DNA from: Candidatus Omnitrophota bacterium
Lineage (GTDB): Bacteria; Omnitrophota; Gorgyraeia; Gygaellales; Profunditerraquicolaceae
Length of the DNA stretch: 64,000 nt
Assembly: GCA_016208765.1 (NCBI GenBank)
Contig: JACQXK010000009.1
Coordinates: 20,819-84,818, forward strand
Reading direction: 5' to 3'
Made by a program: the position numbers and the translations under genes. A model generated the notes under the pieces. It saw nothing but the letters and a program-made list of their open reading frames with translations. It was not told where the DNA came from and ran no database searches. Below are positions 40,863 through 50,448 of this stretch, one piece after another. The first letter of the stretch is position 1. Each line of letters starts with the position of its first letter.

Positions 40863-41066
40863 ATGGCCAAAGTTGTTATAAATAAAGAAAAGTGCAAGGG
40901 TTGTTTGTTATGTGTTAGTTTCTGTCCGAAAGGCTTATTGATTGTTGATACGGAGTTGAATACTAAAGGCATCAGGCCGGTAAAATTAAAAGAAGCAGCT
41001 GGATTTATTGGTTGTGCCCAGTGTGCGGTGATTTGCCCGGACTGCTGTATTGAAATTCATGAATAA
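40863..41066 (+). CDS. 4Fe-4S dicluster ferredoxin (oxidoreductase delta subunit)
   Basis: CKGCLLC...CP and FIGCAQC...CP. Confidence 0.88.
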   Translation: MAKVVINKEKCKGCLLCVSFCPKGLLIVDTELNTKGIRPVKLKEAAGFIGCAQCAVICPDCCIEIHE

Positions 41067-42135
41067 GAAAATTTTGATGACAGGGAATGAAGCTTTTGCT
41101 AAAGGCGCTTTAGATGCAGGGTGCCGTTTTTATGCCGGCTATCCGATTACCCCGCAAAATGAGCTGCCTGCATATATGGCGTTAAATATGCCGCAGGTTG
41201 GGGGAGTGTTTATTCAGGCTGAGTCGGAGATCGCTGCAATTAATATGGTTTTTGGCGCTTCAGCCGCAGGAGCAAGGTCAATGACTTCTTCTTCAAGCCC
41301 GGGGATAAGCCTTAAGCAGGAAGGGATTTCTTATTTAGCAGGGGCAGAATTACCGTCGGTAATTATTAATGTCATGCGCGCAGGCCCTGGCTTAGGGAAT
41401 ATCTGGCCGTCGCAGTCTGATTATTTTCAGGCCACACGCAGCGCAGGGCACGGGGATAGCCACTGTATTGTCCTAGCGCCTTCTGCGGTGCAGGAGTCAT
41501 ATGATATTATGACGCTGGCGTTTGACCTGGCGGATAAATATCGTAATCCTGTAATGATTATGGGTGATGGTTTGTTGGGGCAGATGATGGAACCTGTTTT
41601 GGCAACTAACCAACGACAGGCGACAGGAGACAGGCGACAGGCGACTAAACCATGGGCAGTAACAGGATGTAAAGGAAGGAAACGCAACATTACCAAATCT
41701 TTTTACTTGCGGGAAGGCGATCTTGAGCAATTTAATATTTTATTACAGAAAAAATACCAAGAAATCCAGGAAAAAGAAGAGCGTTATGAAGGTTTATTTT
41801 TAGAAGATGCGGAATTAGTTTTGGTTGGGTACGGGACAATGTCTAGAATTGCCAAGTCGGCAATGTATAGATTGCGCGAAGAAAATTATAAGATAGGATT
41901 GATCCGGCCAATTACGCTTTGGCCTTTTCCAAAAAAGGTTTTTGAGAGTATGGGGAAAGCTATTTTCCTAGCCGTAGAAATGTCTTATGGGCAGATGGTT
42001 GAAGATGTTAAATTGGCGCTTAATTGCCGTTTTCCTGTGGAATTTCTTGGCCGTTCCGGCGGAGGGGTTGTATCTGAAGAAGATATAATTAATAAAGTGA
42101 AAGGCCTCATAAATAAAACAAACCGAGATGAATAA
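41059..42135 (+). CDS. vorB: 2-oxoacid:ferredoxin oxidoreductase alpha subunit (VorB-type)
   Basis: GNEA, GYPITPQNE, QAESEIAA, TSSSSPGISLK. Confidence 0.88.
   Translation: MNKKILMTGNEAFAKGALDAGCRFYAGYPITPQNELPAYMALNMPQVGGVFIQAESEIAAINMVFGASAAGARSMTSSSSPGISLKQEGISYLAGAELPSVIINVMRAGPGLGNIWPSQSDYFQATRSAGHGDSHCIVLAPSAVQESYDIMTLAFDLADKYRNPVMIMGDGLLGQMMEPVLATNQRQATGDRRQATKPWAVTGCKGRKRNITKSFYLREGDLEQFNILLQKKYQEIQEKEERYEGLFLEDAELVLVGYGTMSRIAKSAMYRLREENYKIGLIRPITLWPFPKKVFESMGKAIFLAVEMSYGQMVEDVKLALNCRFPVEFLGRSGGGVVSEEDIINKVKGLINKTNRDE
41612..41646 (+). repeat. In-frame heptamer array GGCGACA-like x5 within the oxidoreductase alpha subunit
   Basis: aacgaca ggcgaca ggagaca ggcgaca ggcgact encoding QRQATGDRRQAT. 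Confidence 0.9.
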
Positions 42136-42856
42136 AACTTTTATTCGCCCAAAATCATTGGTTGATGTGCCAACGCATTATTGCCCGGGTTGCGGGCATG
42201 GCATTGCGCACAGATTAGTTGCTGAGGTGGTGGATGAACTTGGGATTCGCGAGAGAGTAATTGGCGTAACTCCTATTGGCTGCGCCGTGGTTGCTTATGA
42301 TTACTGGGATTTTGATTGTTCTGAGGCAGCGCACGGCAGGGCTTTGGCAGTAGCAACTGCAATCAAAAGGGTCAGGCCGGAAAACATTGTTTTTACCTAC
42401 CAAGGCGACGGAGATTTGGCTGCAATCGGGACAAGCGAAACAATCCATGCCGCAAACAGAGGAGAAAACCTGACGGTAGTATTTATTAATAATGCTATTT
42501 ACGGCATGACCGGCGGCCAGATGGCTCCGACTACATTGTTAAAGCAAAAGACGGCTACCACTCCTTTAGGCAGAGAAGTAAAATATCACGGGTATCCCTT
42601 AAAGATTTCAGAAATGCTGGCTGTGCTTCCCGGGGTTAAATATATTGAACGCGTGTCTTTGCAATCTCCGCAGGCGGTATTAAACGCCAAGAAGGCATTG
42701 AAGCATGCATTTGAAAATCAGATAAATGATGTAGGTTTTTCTTTAGTAGAGTTCCTTTCTCCCTGCCCGACGTATTGGGGGATGTCTCCTCGTCAGGCAA
42801 TGGATTGGGTTAGAGATGTAATGAGCAAAGAGTTTCCGATAGGAAGAATTAAATGA
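42128..42856 (+). CDS. 2-oxoacid:ferredoxin oxidoreductase beta (TPP-binding) subunit
   Basis: YCPGCGHG, HGRA, YQGDGD, NNAIYGMTGGQ, SPCPT. Confidence 0.92.
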   Translation: MNKTFIRPKSLVDVPTHYCPGCGHGIAHRLVAEVVDELGIRERVIGVTPIGCAVVAYDYWDFDCSEAAHGRALAVATAIKRVRPENIVFTYQGDGDLAAIGTSETIHAANRGENLTVVFINNAIYGMTGGQMAPTTLLKQKTATTPLGREVKYHGYPLKISEMLAVLPGVKYIERVSLQSPQAVLNAKKALKHAFENQINDVGFSLVEFLSPCPTYWGMSPRQAMDWVRDVMSKEFPIGRIK

Positions 42857-43380
42857 TAGAACGCATAATTATAGCTGGCGCAGGCGGGCAAGGCGTAATG
42901 CTTTTAGGCAAGGTGTTAGCCGAGGCTGCGATGCGCGAAGATAAATTTGTTACCTGGCTTCCTTCTTATGGCGCAGAAGTGCGCGGCGGGACAGCGCATT
43001 GCATGGTGGTTATCTCTGATAAAGAGATCGGCTCTCCTTATATTGACAAAGCCGACACATTAATTATAATGAACAAGCCGTCTTTGGCAAAATTTGAGAA
43101 AAGGGTCAGGCCCGGCGGGCTCAGGATAGTTAATAGTTCTTTGTCCGGGGAAGATTTAAAGAAAACTGATAATCTGATAAATCAGCCTTTTACAGGCGTA
43201 GCAGAGCAATTGGGAAATATTAAAATTGCTAATATGGTAGCTTTGGGCTGCTACATCGGGCACAGGAAGATTATTGAGCCGGGGATAATTAAACAGGTGA
43301 TGGCAGAAATTGCCCCTAAGGATAAACAAAGCCTGGTTGAAATCAATCAGCAGGCATTTTTTGCAGGAATGAAACTATGA
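42853..43380 (+). CDS. 2-oxoacid:ferredoxin oxidoreductase gamma subunit
   Basis: AGAGGQG, SYGAEVRGG, NMVALG. Confidence 0.92.
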   Translation: MIERIIIAGAGGQGVMLLGKVLAEAAMREDKFVTWLPSYGAEVRGGTAHCMVVISDKEIGSPYIDKADTLIIMNKPSLAKFEKRVRPGGLRIVNSSLSGEDLKKTDNLINQPFTGVAEQLGNIKIANMVALGCYIGHRKIIEPGIIKQVMAEIAPKDKQSLVEINQQAFFAGMKL

Positions 43381-44678
43381 TTAGAGTAAGATTTGCTCCC
43401 AGCCCGACGGGATATTTGCATATTGGAGGAGGACGTACAGCCTTGTTTAACTGGCTTTATGCCCGCGCAAAAAACGGTAAATTTGTTTTGCGCATTGAAG
43501 ATACTGATGTCACCCGCTCAAAACAGGAGTATGTTGATGAAATTTTACAGAGCCTTGGCTGGCTGGGGTTTAACTGGGATGAAATTTATTATCAGAGCCA
43601 GCGCGTGCATTTGTATCGCGAATATGCCGACAAACTATTAAAGGCGGGCCTTGCTTACACCGAGAAACTTCCAGACAAACCCGGAGAAGCAATTATTTTT
43701 AAAGTCACTCCTCAGAAAATAAAGGTCAAAGATTTGATTCGCGGAGAAATAGAATTTGATTCTGAAACAATCAAAGACCAGGTTTTGATTAAGTCTGACG
43801 GTTCTGCTACTTATAATTTCGCCTGCGTGGTGGATGACGCAACCATGAACATTACACATGTTATCCGCGGTGATGATCACATCTCTAATACTCCCAAACA
43901 AATTCTTTTTTACCATGCGTTAGGTTTTGAGGTGCCGAATTTTGCGCATCTTCCTTTAATTTTAGGAATGGAAGGCGGAAGGCTTTCAAAAAGAACAGGA
44001 GCAACTGCGATCAGCGATTACCGTCGCATGGGGTATCTGGCTGAGGCGTTGGTAAATTATTTATTGCTTCTGAGCTGGTCTCCGGGTGAGAACCGGGAGA
44101 TTATTGATATAAATGATGCAATCAAGCTGTTTGACATAACTAATGTTAATAAAACCGCAGCAACATTTAATCTGGATAAATTAAATTGGATCAATAACCA
44201 ATATTTAAAAAAAGAAGACCCTGAAAAACTAACCGATATAGTTATCCCGCAGCTTATTGAAAAAGGGTATATTGATAAGGATAATTTTGACAGGGCTTAC
44301 GTAGTTTCTCTGGTTAATTTATTCAAAGAGCGCATGCAGACGCTAAATGATTTTTGCGGCTGGGCGGATTTTTTCTTTGTTAAAGAAGTTTCTATTGATC
44401 CCAAGGCTCAGGAAAAGCATCTCTCTAAAGACTATTCAAAGGAATTCGGCCTTTTTATCAAACGCCTTGATGCGCTTAGCCAGTTTGATGTTGTTAGCAT
44501 TGAAGATTGCTTCAGAAAATTAGTGGCTGAGCTTGGAATTGAAGCAAAGGTTTTGATCCATCCTGTGCGCGTGGCTCTTACTGGAAAAACTGTGGGCCCC
44601 GGGCTGTTTGATGTGGTATACTATTTAGGTAGGGAGCGCGTTAAACAAAGGCTGGAGAGGTTATCAAAAAAGGAGTAG
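43377..44678 (+). CDS. gltX: Glutamate--tRNA ligase
   Basis: RFAPSPTG.LHIG, RIEDTD, HVIRGDDH, LSKR. Confidence 0.95.
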   Translation: MIRVRFAPSPTGYLHIGGGRTALFNWLYARAKNGKFVLRIEDTDVTRSKQEYVDEILQSLGWLGFNWDEIYYQSQRVHLYREYADKLLKAGLAYTEKLPDKPGEAIIFKVTPQKIKVKDLIRGEIEFDSETIKDQVLIKSDGSATYNFACVVDDATMNITHVIRGDDHISNTPKQILFYHALGFEVPNFAHLPLILGMEGGRLSKRTGATAISDYRRMGYLAEALVNYLLLLSWSPGENREIIDINDAIKLFDITNVNKTAATFNLDKLNWINNQYLKKEDPEKLTDIVIPQLIEKGYIDKDNFDRAYVVSLVNLFKERMQTLNDFCGWADFFFVKEVSIDPKAQEKHLSKDYSKEFGLFIKRLDALSQFDVVSIEDCFRKLVAELGIEAKVLIHPVRVALTGKTVGPGLFDVVYYLGRERVKQRLERLSKKE

Positions 44679-44683
44679 AGATC

Positions 44684-44887
44684 ATGAAAAAAAATAAATT
44701 AATTCTGGTTTCTTTAATTTTCTGCATTTCTCTTATTAGTATTATCGGCTGTAACACAATTGAAAAGTCAACTGATGGCCTGGCCTGCGGAGCGAAATTA
44801 ACCGGTCAAGGCATTGCTCAGGATTCCAAAGGATTAGTTGCGGCAATTGGCAGGGCTGATAATTGGATCAAGGAAAACCTTTGGTAA
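44684..44887 (+). CDS. Small lipoprotein (entericidin-like N-terminus)
   Basis: AGGAG RBS, signal peptide with IIGCNT lipobox. Confidence 0.7.
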   Translation: MKKNKLILVSLIFCISLISIIGCNTIEKSTDGLACGAKLTGQGIAQDSKGLVAAIGRADNWIKENLW

Positions 44888-44889
44888 AA

Positions 44890-45771
44890 TTAAACAGGCA
44901 ATACCAGTAATAATACCGCAGTTTCAAAAAATACCACTCCTAAAATAAACCACTTTAAATTTACGATTGATTTTTGCTGCGCAGGGGATGTTATAAAAAT
45001 AATTGCCTGATAAAAGAGTGTTATTCCTGAGCTAATCAGTAGCATTAAGGCAGGCGGGTTGATTTTAGCAATAGCGTTAACCTGCGAAAAATACAAGAAA
45101 GAAGAAAAAGGAGCGCTTAAGAGCAGCAAGCCGACCACGCTTGCTTTTTTGGCACCAAGAGCAACTACAAATGTTCTTATCCCTGCCAATTTATCTCCCG
45201 CGTAATCTTTAAAATCTGAGTAGAAACAAAGCAGGAAATTAATCTGCCAGATTAAAATTGCCATTGCCGCAAGCCTTGGGTCAAGAAAGATTGCAAATGT
45301 ATTTTTTGGGTTGGCGCAAAGCCCGGCATAATACACGCATGGGGCAAGAAGCAGCCCAAAAATAATATTTCCTAAAAGGGGCAAATGCTTTTTTTGTTGG
45401 TAGGCGATATTCAAAAGGAAAATGAAGATATAAATTAAGCATGCCCGCGGGTTAAGAAAAAATGTAATTATTAATCCGAATATAAATAGCCACATGCTAA
45501 GCCAAATAGCAAACTTTAAATTAAGCATGCCGGTAATTAGGGGCCTTCTGGGCGCATTGTGTGTATCTTCTTTTTGCCCCAAACAGTCATTGACTACCTG
45601 ATTTACACCCCAGCCAAAGAATAAAATAACCAAGATAATTATTGTCCTGGCGGTATTTACCGGCCAGAAATTTACCACCCCAATTAAGCCTACTATTACT
45701 GAAATAGGCGCTGCATAAAGGCGCATAGAGCTTAAATATGCCAGAATATTCTTTATAATTTCTCTTTTCAT
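44890..45771 (-). CDS. UbiA-superfamily prenyltransferase
   Basis: NQVVNDCLGQKED..NAP.RP and DFKDYAGD..AGIRT Asp-rich motifs; multi-TM. Confidence 0.85.
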   Translation of the reverse strand: MKREIIKNILAYLSSMRLYAAPISVIVGLIGVVNFWPVNTARTIIILVILFFGWGVNQVVNDCLGQKEDTHNAPRRPLITGMLNLKFAIWLSMWLFIFGLIITFFLNPRACLIYIFIFLLNIAYQQKKHLPLLGNIIFGLLLAPCVYYAGLCANPKNTFAIFLDPRLAAMAILIWQINFLLCFYSDFKDYAGDKLAGIRTFVVALGAKKASVVGLLLLSAPFSSFLYFSQVNAIAKINPPALMLLISSGITLFYQAIIFITSPAQQKSIVNLKWFILGVVFFETAVLLLVLPV

Positions 45772-46799
45772 CTTAAGAACCCATTTTGCCTCCACCAGCG
45801 AACAGTTTTTTGCACGGCGTGATAAACTGGTGTTTGGGGAGCAAGGTTTAATAATTGTTGCGCTTTGGTGTTGTTATAGACATTATTGCAATAATATATT
45901 TTAACCCTGGCGCGGTTTAAAAAAGGAGATTTATTAATTTTGAGCGCTTTGTATAAAAATTCCAGAAAAATACCAACAGGCATAAAGAAAATCTCTGGTA
46001 ACGAATAAGGCAGCTTTAGCTTTAAGGCAGAACAAAAGCTGCCAAGGAATTCTTTCAGAATTAAAGGTTTATTATCTGCTATGATAAAAATATTTGTTCC
46101 TTTGGGCATTTTCTCTGCAAGACTTGCCATATTTTTGGCCAAATCTTCCACATATACTAAATGGAATAATTTATTGCCGTTAAAGGGCATAATAGCATAT
46201 CCTTCCTGCACTGCTTTTGAGAAGATGTATGGCCCTGCGTGAAATTCTCTTGGCCCATATACCCAGGGGGCACGGATAATAGTCAGGTTGACTGCTTTAT
46301 CGCGGCAGAAATTTGTTGCTTCAGTTTCAGCCAGCGTTTTGCTTATTCTATAATAATTCATATTAGATTCAAGCAGAAAAGAGAGTGGATAGCTTTGTCT
46401 GGGGTTATAAGGGCTGAGCTCATCTTTAGGGGACAGTTGGTCTTCCTCGCCTAATACGGCGCAGCTGCTTAAAAGGATGAAATTATTTATGCCGTTATTA
46501 AAACCAGCCTTTAGAATATTTTCTGTTCCCTCAACATTGGTTTTAAAGAAATCTGATTTCCTGCCCCAGTCAGAGGCAAGCGCAGCTGTGTGATAAATAA
46601 TATCAAATCCTGAAGTTATTTTTTTAACCTGCGCATAGTCGCGGATGTCAGCATGGCAAATTTTTATTTTCTTTAAAGGTAAAAATTTAAGCGGACTTGT
46701 TTTTCGGCAGCAAACAGTAACATCGTGTTTTAGTTTGACTAATTGCTTTACAATATGGCTTCCAATAAAACCTGTCCCGCCGGTAACAAGGATTTTCAT
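45768..46799 (-). CDS. Extended SDR / NAD-dependent epimerase-reductase (3-beta-HSD-like)
   Basis: TGGTGFIG, HTAA, NVEGT, YRISK, VYGP. Confidence 0.88.
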   Translation of the reverse strand: MKILVTGGTGFIGSHIVKQLVKLKHDVTVCCRKTSPLKFLPLKKIKICHADIRDYAQVKKITSGFDIIYHTAALASDWGRKSDFFKTNVEGTENILKAGFNNGINNFILLSSCAVLGEEDQLSPKDELSPYNPRQSYPLSFLLESNMNYYRISKTLAETEATNFCRDKAVNLTIIRAPWVYGPREFHAGPYIFSKAVQEGYAIMPFNGNKLFHLVYVEDLAKNMASLAEKMPKGTNIFIIADNKPLILKEFLGSFCSALKLKLPYSLPEIFFMPVGIFLEFLYKALKINKSPFLNRARVKIYYCNNVYNNTKAQQLLNLAPQTPVYHAVQKTVRWWRQNGFLR

Positions 46800-47743
46800 T
46801 TTGTAATTACTTCCAATGCTTTATGCATAACTGAAATTTCCGCTGGCAGTATCCCCATTGCATCCCCATCAAATTCCACTTGTGGATGTTCAGGGCAATA
46901 GCTGATGTTGACATTATTTGCGTAAGTAATGCGCGCGCCGTTATATTTAAGAAAATTTCCAAAATAAAGCTTGGGTATATTTATGAAAAGCTCAATCCAG
47001 GACGCAGGGGCTATTTGTAAACAATATAATTTTCCGTCATCAGGAGAGATTTTGTTAAATACCCGCATTCCTGAGGCAAGATAAGGGTCTTTGCCAACAG
47101 TAAAATTAATCAGGTTTTTTAATTCGGTTTTTGTCCCGTCAATATCAACTTGTAAGTTAAACTTTTTAAATCCGCAAAGTGAGGTTAAAAGCGCAAGAAA
47201 TGTGCCGCAGGCATCTCCAAGATATTTGCGGTAACGCGAATTAGCTTTGAAAGCTATTCTTGGCCCTAAGCCAATATTGACATTACTTGCAAAATAGGAA
47301 GTTACTTGTTTAACTGCATTTGGCTCAAAGCTCTGATAAGTAATCTTACCGATGTCAATTAACCTCGTTTTTCCTTGTGTAAGCGTATGAATTGCCGCAG
47401 GGATTTGTATCGGGATATTATGGTATTTATTAAAATCTGGGCTGGTCCCGATATGAATAACTCCCAATTTTGGCATGTTGGATGTGGTGTTAGCTAAAAA
47501 TAATCCCGTGATAACCTCGGCAATTGTCCCGTCTCCGCCAACTGCGACTACAATAGGGTAGTTTTCTTTTTTGGCAGTTTGCGAAAACACGATTGCCTCT
47601 TTTGGTTTTTGAGTAAGGGCATAATCAAATTTAATTTTTAATTCCTGTAATTTATTGATAATAATTTTATATTCTTTTTTTGCCCTGCCCGAGCAGGCTG
47701 TGGGGTTAATAATCAGGAAATACTCTTTATCGCGGATATTCAT
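46796..47743 (-). CDS. Diacylglycerol/sphingosine kinase family lipid kinase
   Basis: IINPTA.SG, VGGDGTI.EV, IDIG, PDDG, FDGD. Confidence 0.88.
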   Translation of the reverse strand: MNIRDKEYFLIINPTACSGRAKKEYKIIINKLQELKIKFDYALTQKPKEAIVFSQTAKKENYPIVVAVGGDGTIAEVITGLFLANTTSNMPKLGVIHIGTSPDFNKYHNIPIQIPAAIHTLTQGKTRLIDIGKITYQSFEPNAVKQVTSYFASNVNIGLGPRIAFKANSRYRKYLGDACGTFLALLTSLCGFKKFNLQVDIDGTKTELKNLINFTVGKDPYLASGMRVFNKISPDDGKLYCLQIAPASWIELFINIPKLYFGNFLKYNGARITYANNVNISYCPEHPQVEFDGDAMGILPAEISVMHKALEVITK

Positions 47744-49178
47744 TTCTGATTTTCTTAAAGATTGTAACGCTTTTTTTGATGTCATTATTGTTTAAATAAG
47801 TAGATACTGATAATCTGATCCGTGGAGAATCATGCGGGACGCTTGGCGGGACAAACGGGATAGCATAAATTTTGTTTGAAAAAAGCAGTTTTGAAAACCT
47901 TAGAGTAGAATAAGTGTCAGGAAACAAAATAGAGAAAAGCGGAGCCTGCGATGGCGTGAGTTTATAATTCATATTTTGTAAGGCAGCGTACAATGTATTT
48001 TTCAAATTAAATATTCTCCTGCGTGCTTTTGCGGATTTTCTTATTAAATCCAGCGAAGCTGTTGTTGCTGCGGCAATATGCGCAGGAAGCGCAGTAGAGT
48101 ATAAATACTGGCTGGAATTATAACGCAAATATTCAATAATTTTATTCTTGCCGGCGATAAATCCTCCGAAAGTCCCGCAGGCCTTGCCAAGCGAACCGGT
48201 GATAAGCATGATATCATTAAACCCGCGGTAATATTCAAGGATTCCTCTTCCGGATTTTCCTAAAACTCCGATCCCGTGGGAGTCATCAACAATAATTCCT
48301 GCCTTATAGGTTTTACCGAGCGCAATAATTTTATCAAGATCAGCAATTGTCCCGTCTGTGCTGTAAAGCCCTTCAATGACAATAAAACGCATACGCAAAT
48401 TTTGAGAATCTTTCAGTATTTTCTCCAAATTTGCCATGTCGTTATGGGCAAAAAAAATCAGTTTCGCTTTAGAAAGCAGGCAACTGTTAATTAAGGAGGA
48501 GTGAATATCTTTATCTGCAATAATAATGTCGGTTTCTTTTGCAAACGCCTGAAATATACCAAGATTTGCCTGATATCCTGACGGATAAACTATCGCGGCA
48601 TCTTGTCTGAGAAAAGATGCAAGTTTTTTCTCAAGACTAAGGTTTAAATCAGTTGAACCCAGGACAATCGGGGTCGCGCACATACTTAATCCATATTTCT
48701 TGATTGCTTTAATGGCTGCGGATTTGAGTGTTTTATTTTGTGACAGGCCTAAGTAATCATTGCTGCCGAAATTAAACATCTCTTTGTTGTTAATCTTTAT
48801 TTTTTTGGATAATCCGCTATTTATTGGTTGGTAGTAAGGATTAAATTTTAATTTCTCAAACACAACTTTATCAACAAAAAGGCTGTCAGAGAATTCTGCT
48901 CGCTGGTTTTTAGCAGAGGGCTCATTGTTCAAGGCTGGTTTCTGCGCATCTAAGTAGTTTATTAAATCAACTACACTAACGGCAGGATGAAACATTTTTT
49001 CATCTATGTTGATGCCAAATGCCTGCTCAATGTTGTAGATTAATTCTATGCCGCTAAAGGAGTCAATGCCTAAATCAGCGAGCAGCTTGGAATCAGGGTG
49101 AATTTTGCTGGTATTTTTTTCTTTTCCTGCCCCGGCAAGTAATTCTTTAAGTTGTGTTATCAGGTTTTTTGTCATCAA
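47727..49178 (-). CDS. Acyl carrier protein fused to alpha-oxoamine synthase (SPT/BioF/KBL family)
   Basis: N-terminal DLGIDSF (phosphopantetheine Ser); FGSNDYLGL, SGYQAN, HSS, DDSHGIG, GSLGKA (PLP Lys). Confidence 0.88.
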   Translation of the reverse strand: MMTKNLITQLKELLAGAGKEKNTSKIHPDSKLLADLGIDSFSGIELIYNIEQAFGINIDEKMFHPAVSVVDLINYLDAQKPALNNEPSAKNQRAEFSDSLFVDKVVFEKLKFNPYYQPINSGLSKKIKINNKEMFNFGSNDYLGLSQNKTLKSAAIKAIKKYGLSMCATPIVLGSTDLNLSLEKKLASFLRQDAAIVYPSGYQANLGIFQAFAKETDIIIADKDIHSSLINSCLLSKAKLIFFAHNDMANLEKILKDSQNLRMRFIVIEGLYSTDGTIADLDKIIALGKTYKAGIIVDDSHGIGVLGKSGRGILEYYRGFNDIMLITGSLGKACGTFGGFIAGKNKIIEYLRYNSSQYLYSTALPAHIAAATTASLDLIRKSAKARRRIFNLKNTLYAALQNMNYKLTPSQAPLFSILFPDTYSTLRFSKLLFSNKIYAIPFVPPSVPHDSPRIRLSVSTYLNNNDIKKSVTIFKKIRNEYPR

Positions 49179-50441
49179 CTAATTATCACACATTTTACCA
49201 AGCACTACAACAGCGTTATTGCCGCCGAAGCCAAAAGCGTTTACCATGCCAAAACTGATATTTTTTTCTTGCGCTTTGTTAGGCGTGTAGTTTAGATCGC
49301 AGGCCGGATCAGCCTGCAAAAGATTAATTGTAGGAGGGATGATGCTGTGTTTTATGGAAAGGCAGGTAGAAATCAGGCCGATAGCTCCTGAAGCTGCGAT
49401 AGTATGCCCGATCATAGATTTGGTAGAACTGATAGAGAGCTGTTTAGAATGTTTTCCGAATACATTTTTTATTGCCATGGTTTCTACACGGTCATTTGCT
49501 TTTGTTGAGGTGCCGTGTGCATTAATATAGTCAATTTTTTGAGCAGATAACTTGGCTTGATCAAGCGCTAGCTGCATTGCTTTGGCAATATCTCTTCCGC
49601 GAGGTTGGGGCATAACCATATGATAAGCGCTGCTGTTGGAGCCAAAGCCAAGGATCTCCGCGTAAATAACAGCGTTTCTTTTGCGCGCAGACTTTAATGT
49701 TTCCATAACAACAATGCCGGCGCCCTCTCCTAAAACAAAACCGTCTCTGTTTAGAGCAAACGGGCAGGAGGCTTCCTGCGGCAGGCAGTTTCTTTGTGAC
49801 ATTACTCTAAGTGAGTCAAAGGCGCTGAAGGTTGCATAACTAAATGGCGCCTCAACTCCTCCGGCAAGCACAGCCTCTGCTCTTTTTGATTTAATTAGAT
49901 CAAACGCCAATCCGATTGCCTGCAGGCCGGAAGAGCAGGCAGTGGAAATAGTTAAATTTGGGCCGGTTGTTTTTAGCAGGATAGAGATTTGCGCGCTGAC
50001 GCTATTAGGCATTACTTTAGGCACAGTAATTGGAAGCGGCCTTTTGTTTCTTTCTTTTAAGATCTGCTCAATGATATCTTCATGAAAGATGATTCCTCCC
50101 AATCCTGAACCGATGCAAATTCCCGTTTTTTCAGGGTTTTCCCATTTACCGTAAATTCCGGCTTCGGCCTTTGCCATTTTTGCCGCAGTTACTCCAAATT
50201 GCGCAAAACGATCTAGCTGATTTAGAATAGAACTATTAATGTATTTTTGTGGAAGAAAACCTTTTACCTCTGCGCCGATTTTTGTTTTAAAGTTAGATGT
50301 GTCAAAACAGGTTATGTTTTCTACGCCGGAGATTCCTCTAAGATTTGCCTTCCAGAAAGAATCTTTACCAATCCCGTTTGGCGCAATTATTCCCAAACCG
50401 GTAATTACCACTCTTGTTTCTTGATTAGTTTTTTGTTTCAT
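49179..50441 (-). CDS. fabF: Beta-ketoacyl-ACP synthase II
   Basis: TACSSG, DGFVLGEG, NAHGTST, KSMIGH, FGFGG. Confidence 0.92.
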   Translation of the reverse strand: MKQKTNQETRVVITGLGIIAPNGIGKDSFWKANLRGISGVENITCFDTSNFKTKIGAEVKGFLPQKYINSSILNQLDRFAQFGVTAAKMAKAEAGIYGKWENPEKTGICIGSGLGGIIFHEDIIEQILKERNKRPLPITVPKVMPNSVSAQISILLKTTGPNLTISTACSSGLQAIGLAFDLIKSKRAEAVLAGGVEAPFSYATFSAFDSLRVMSQRNCLPQEASCPFALNRDGFVLGEGAGIVVMETLKSARKRNAVIYAEILGFGSNSSAYHMVMPQPRGRDIAKAMQLALDQAKLSAQKIDYINAHGTSTKANDRVETMAIKNVFGKHSKQLSISSTKSMIGHTIAASGAIGLISTCLSIKHSIIPPTINLLQADPACDLNYTPNKAQEKNISFGMVNAFGFGGNNAVVVLGKMCDN

Positions 50442-50448
50442 GGTTTGT

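Noticed and set aside
47727-49178. Plain biotin synthesis bioF
   Set aside because: ACP fusion and lipid-enzyme neighbours, no bioABD; kept as unassigned oxoamine synthase.
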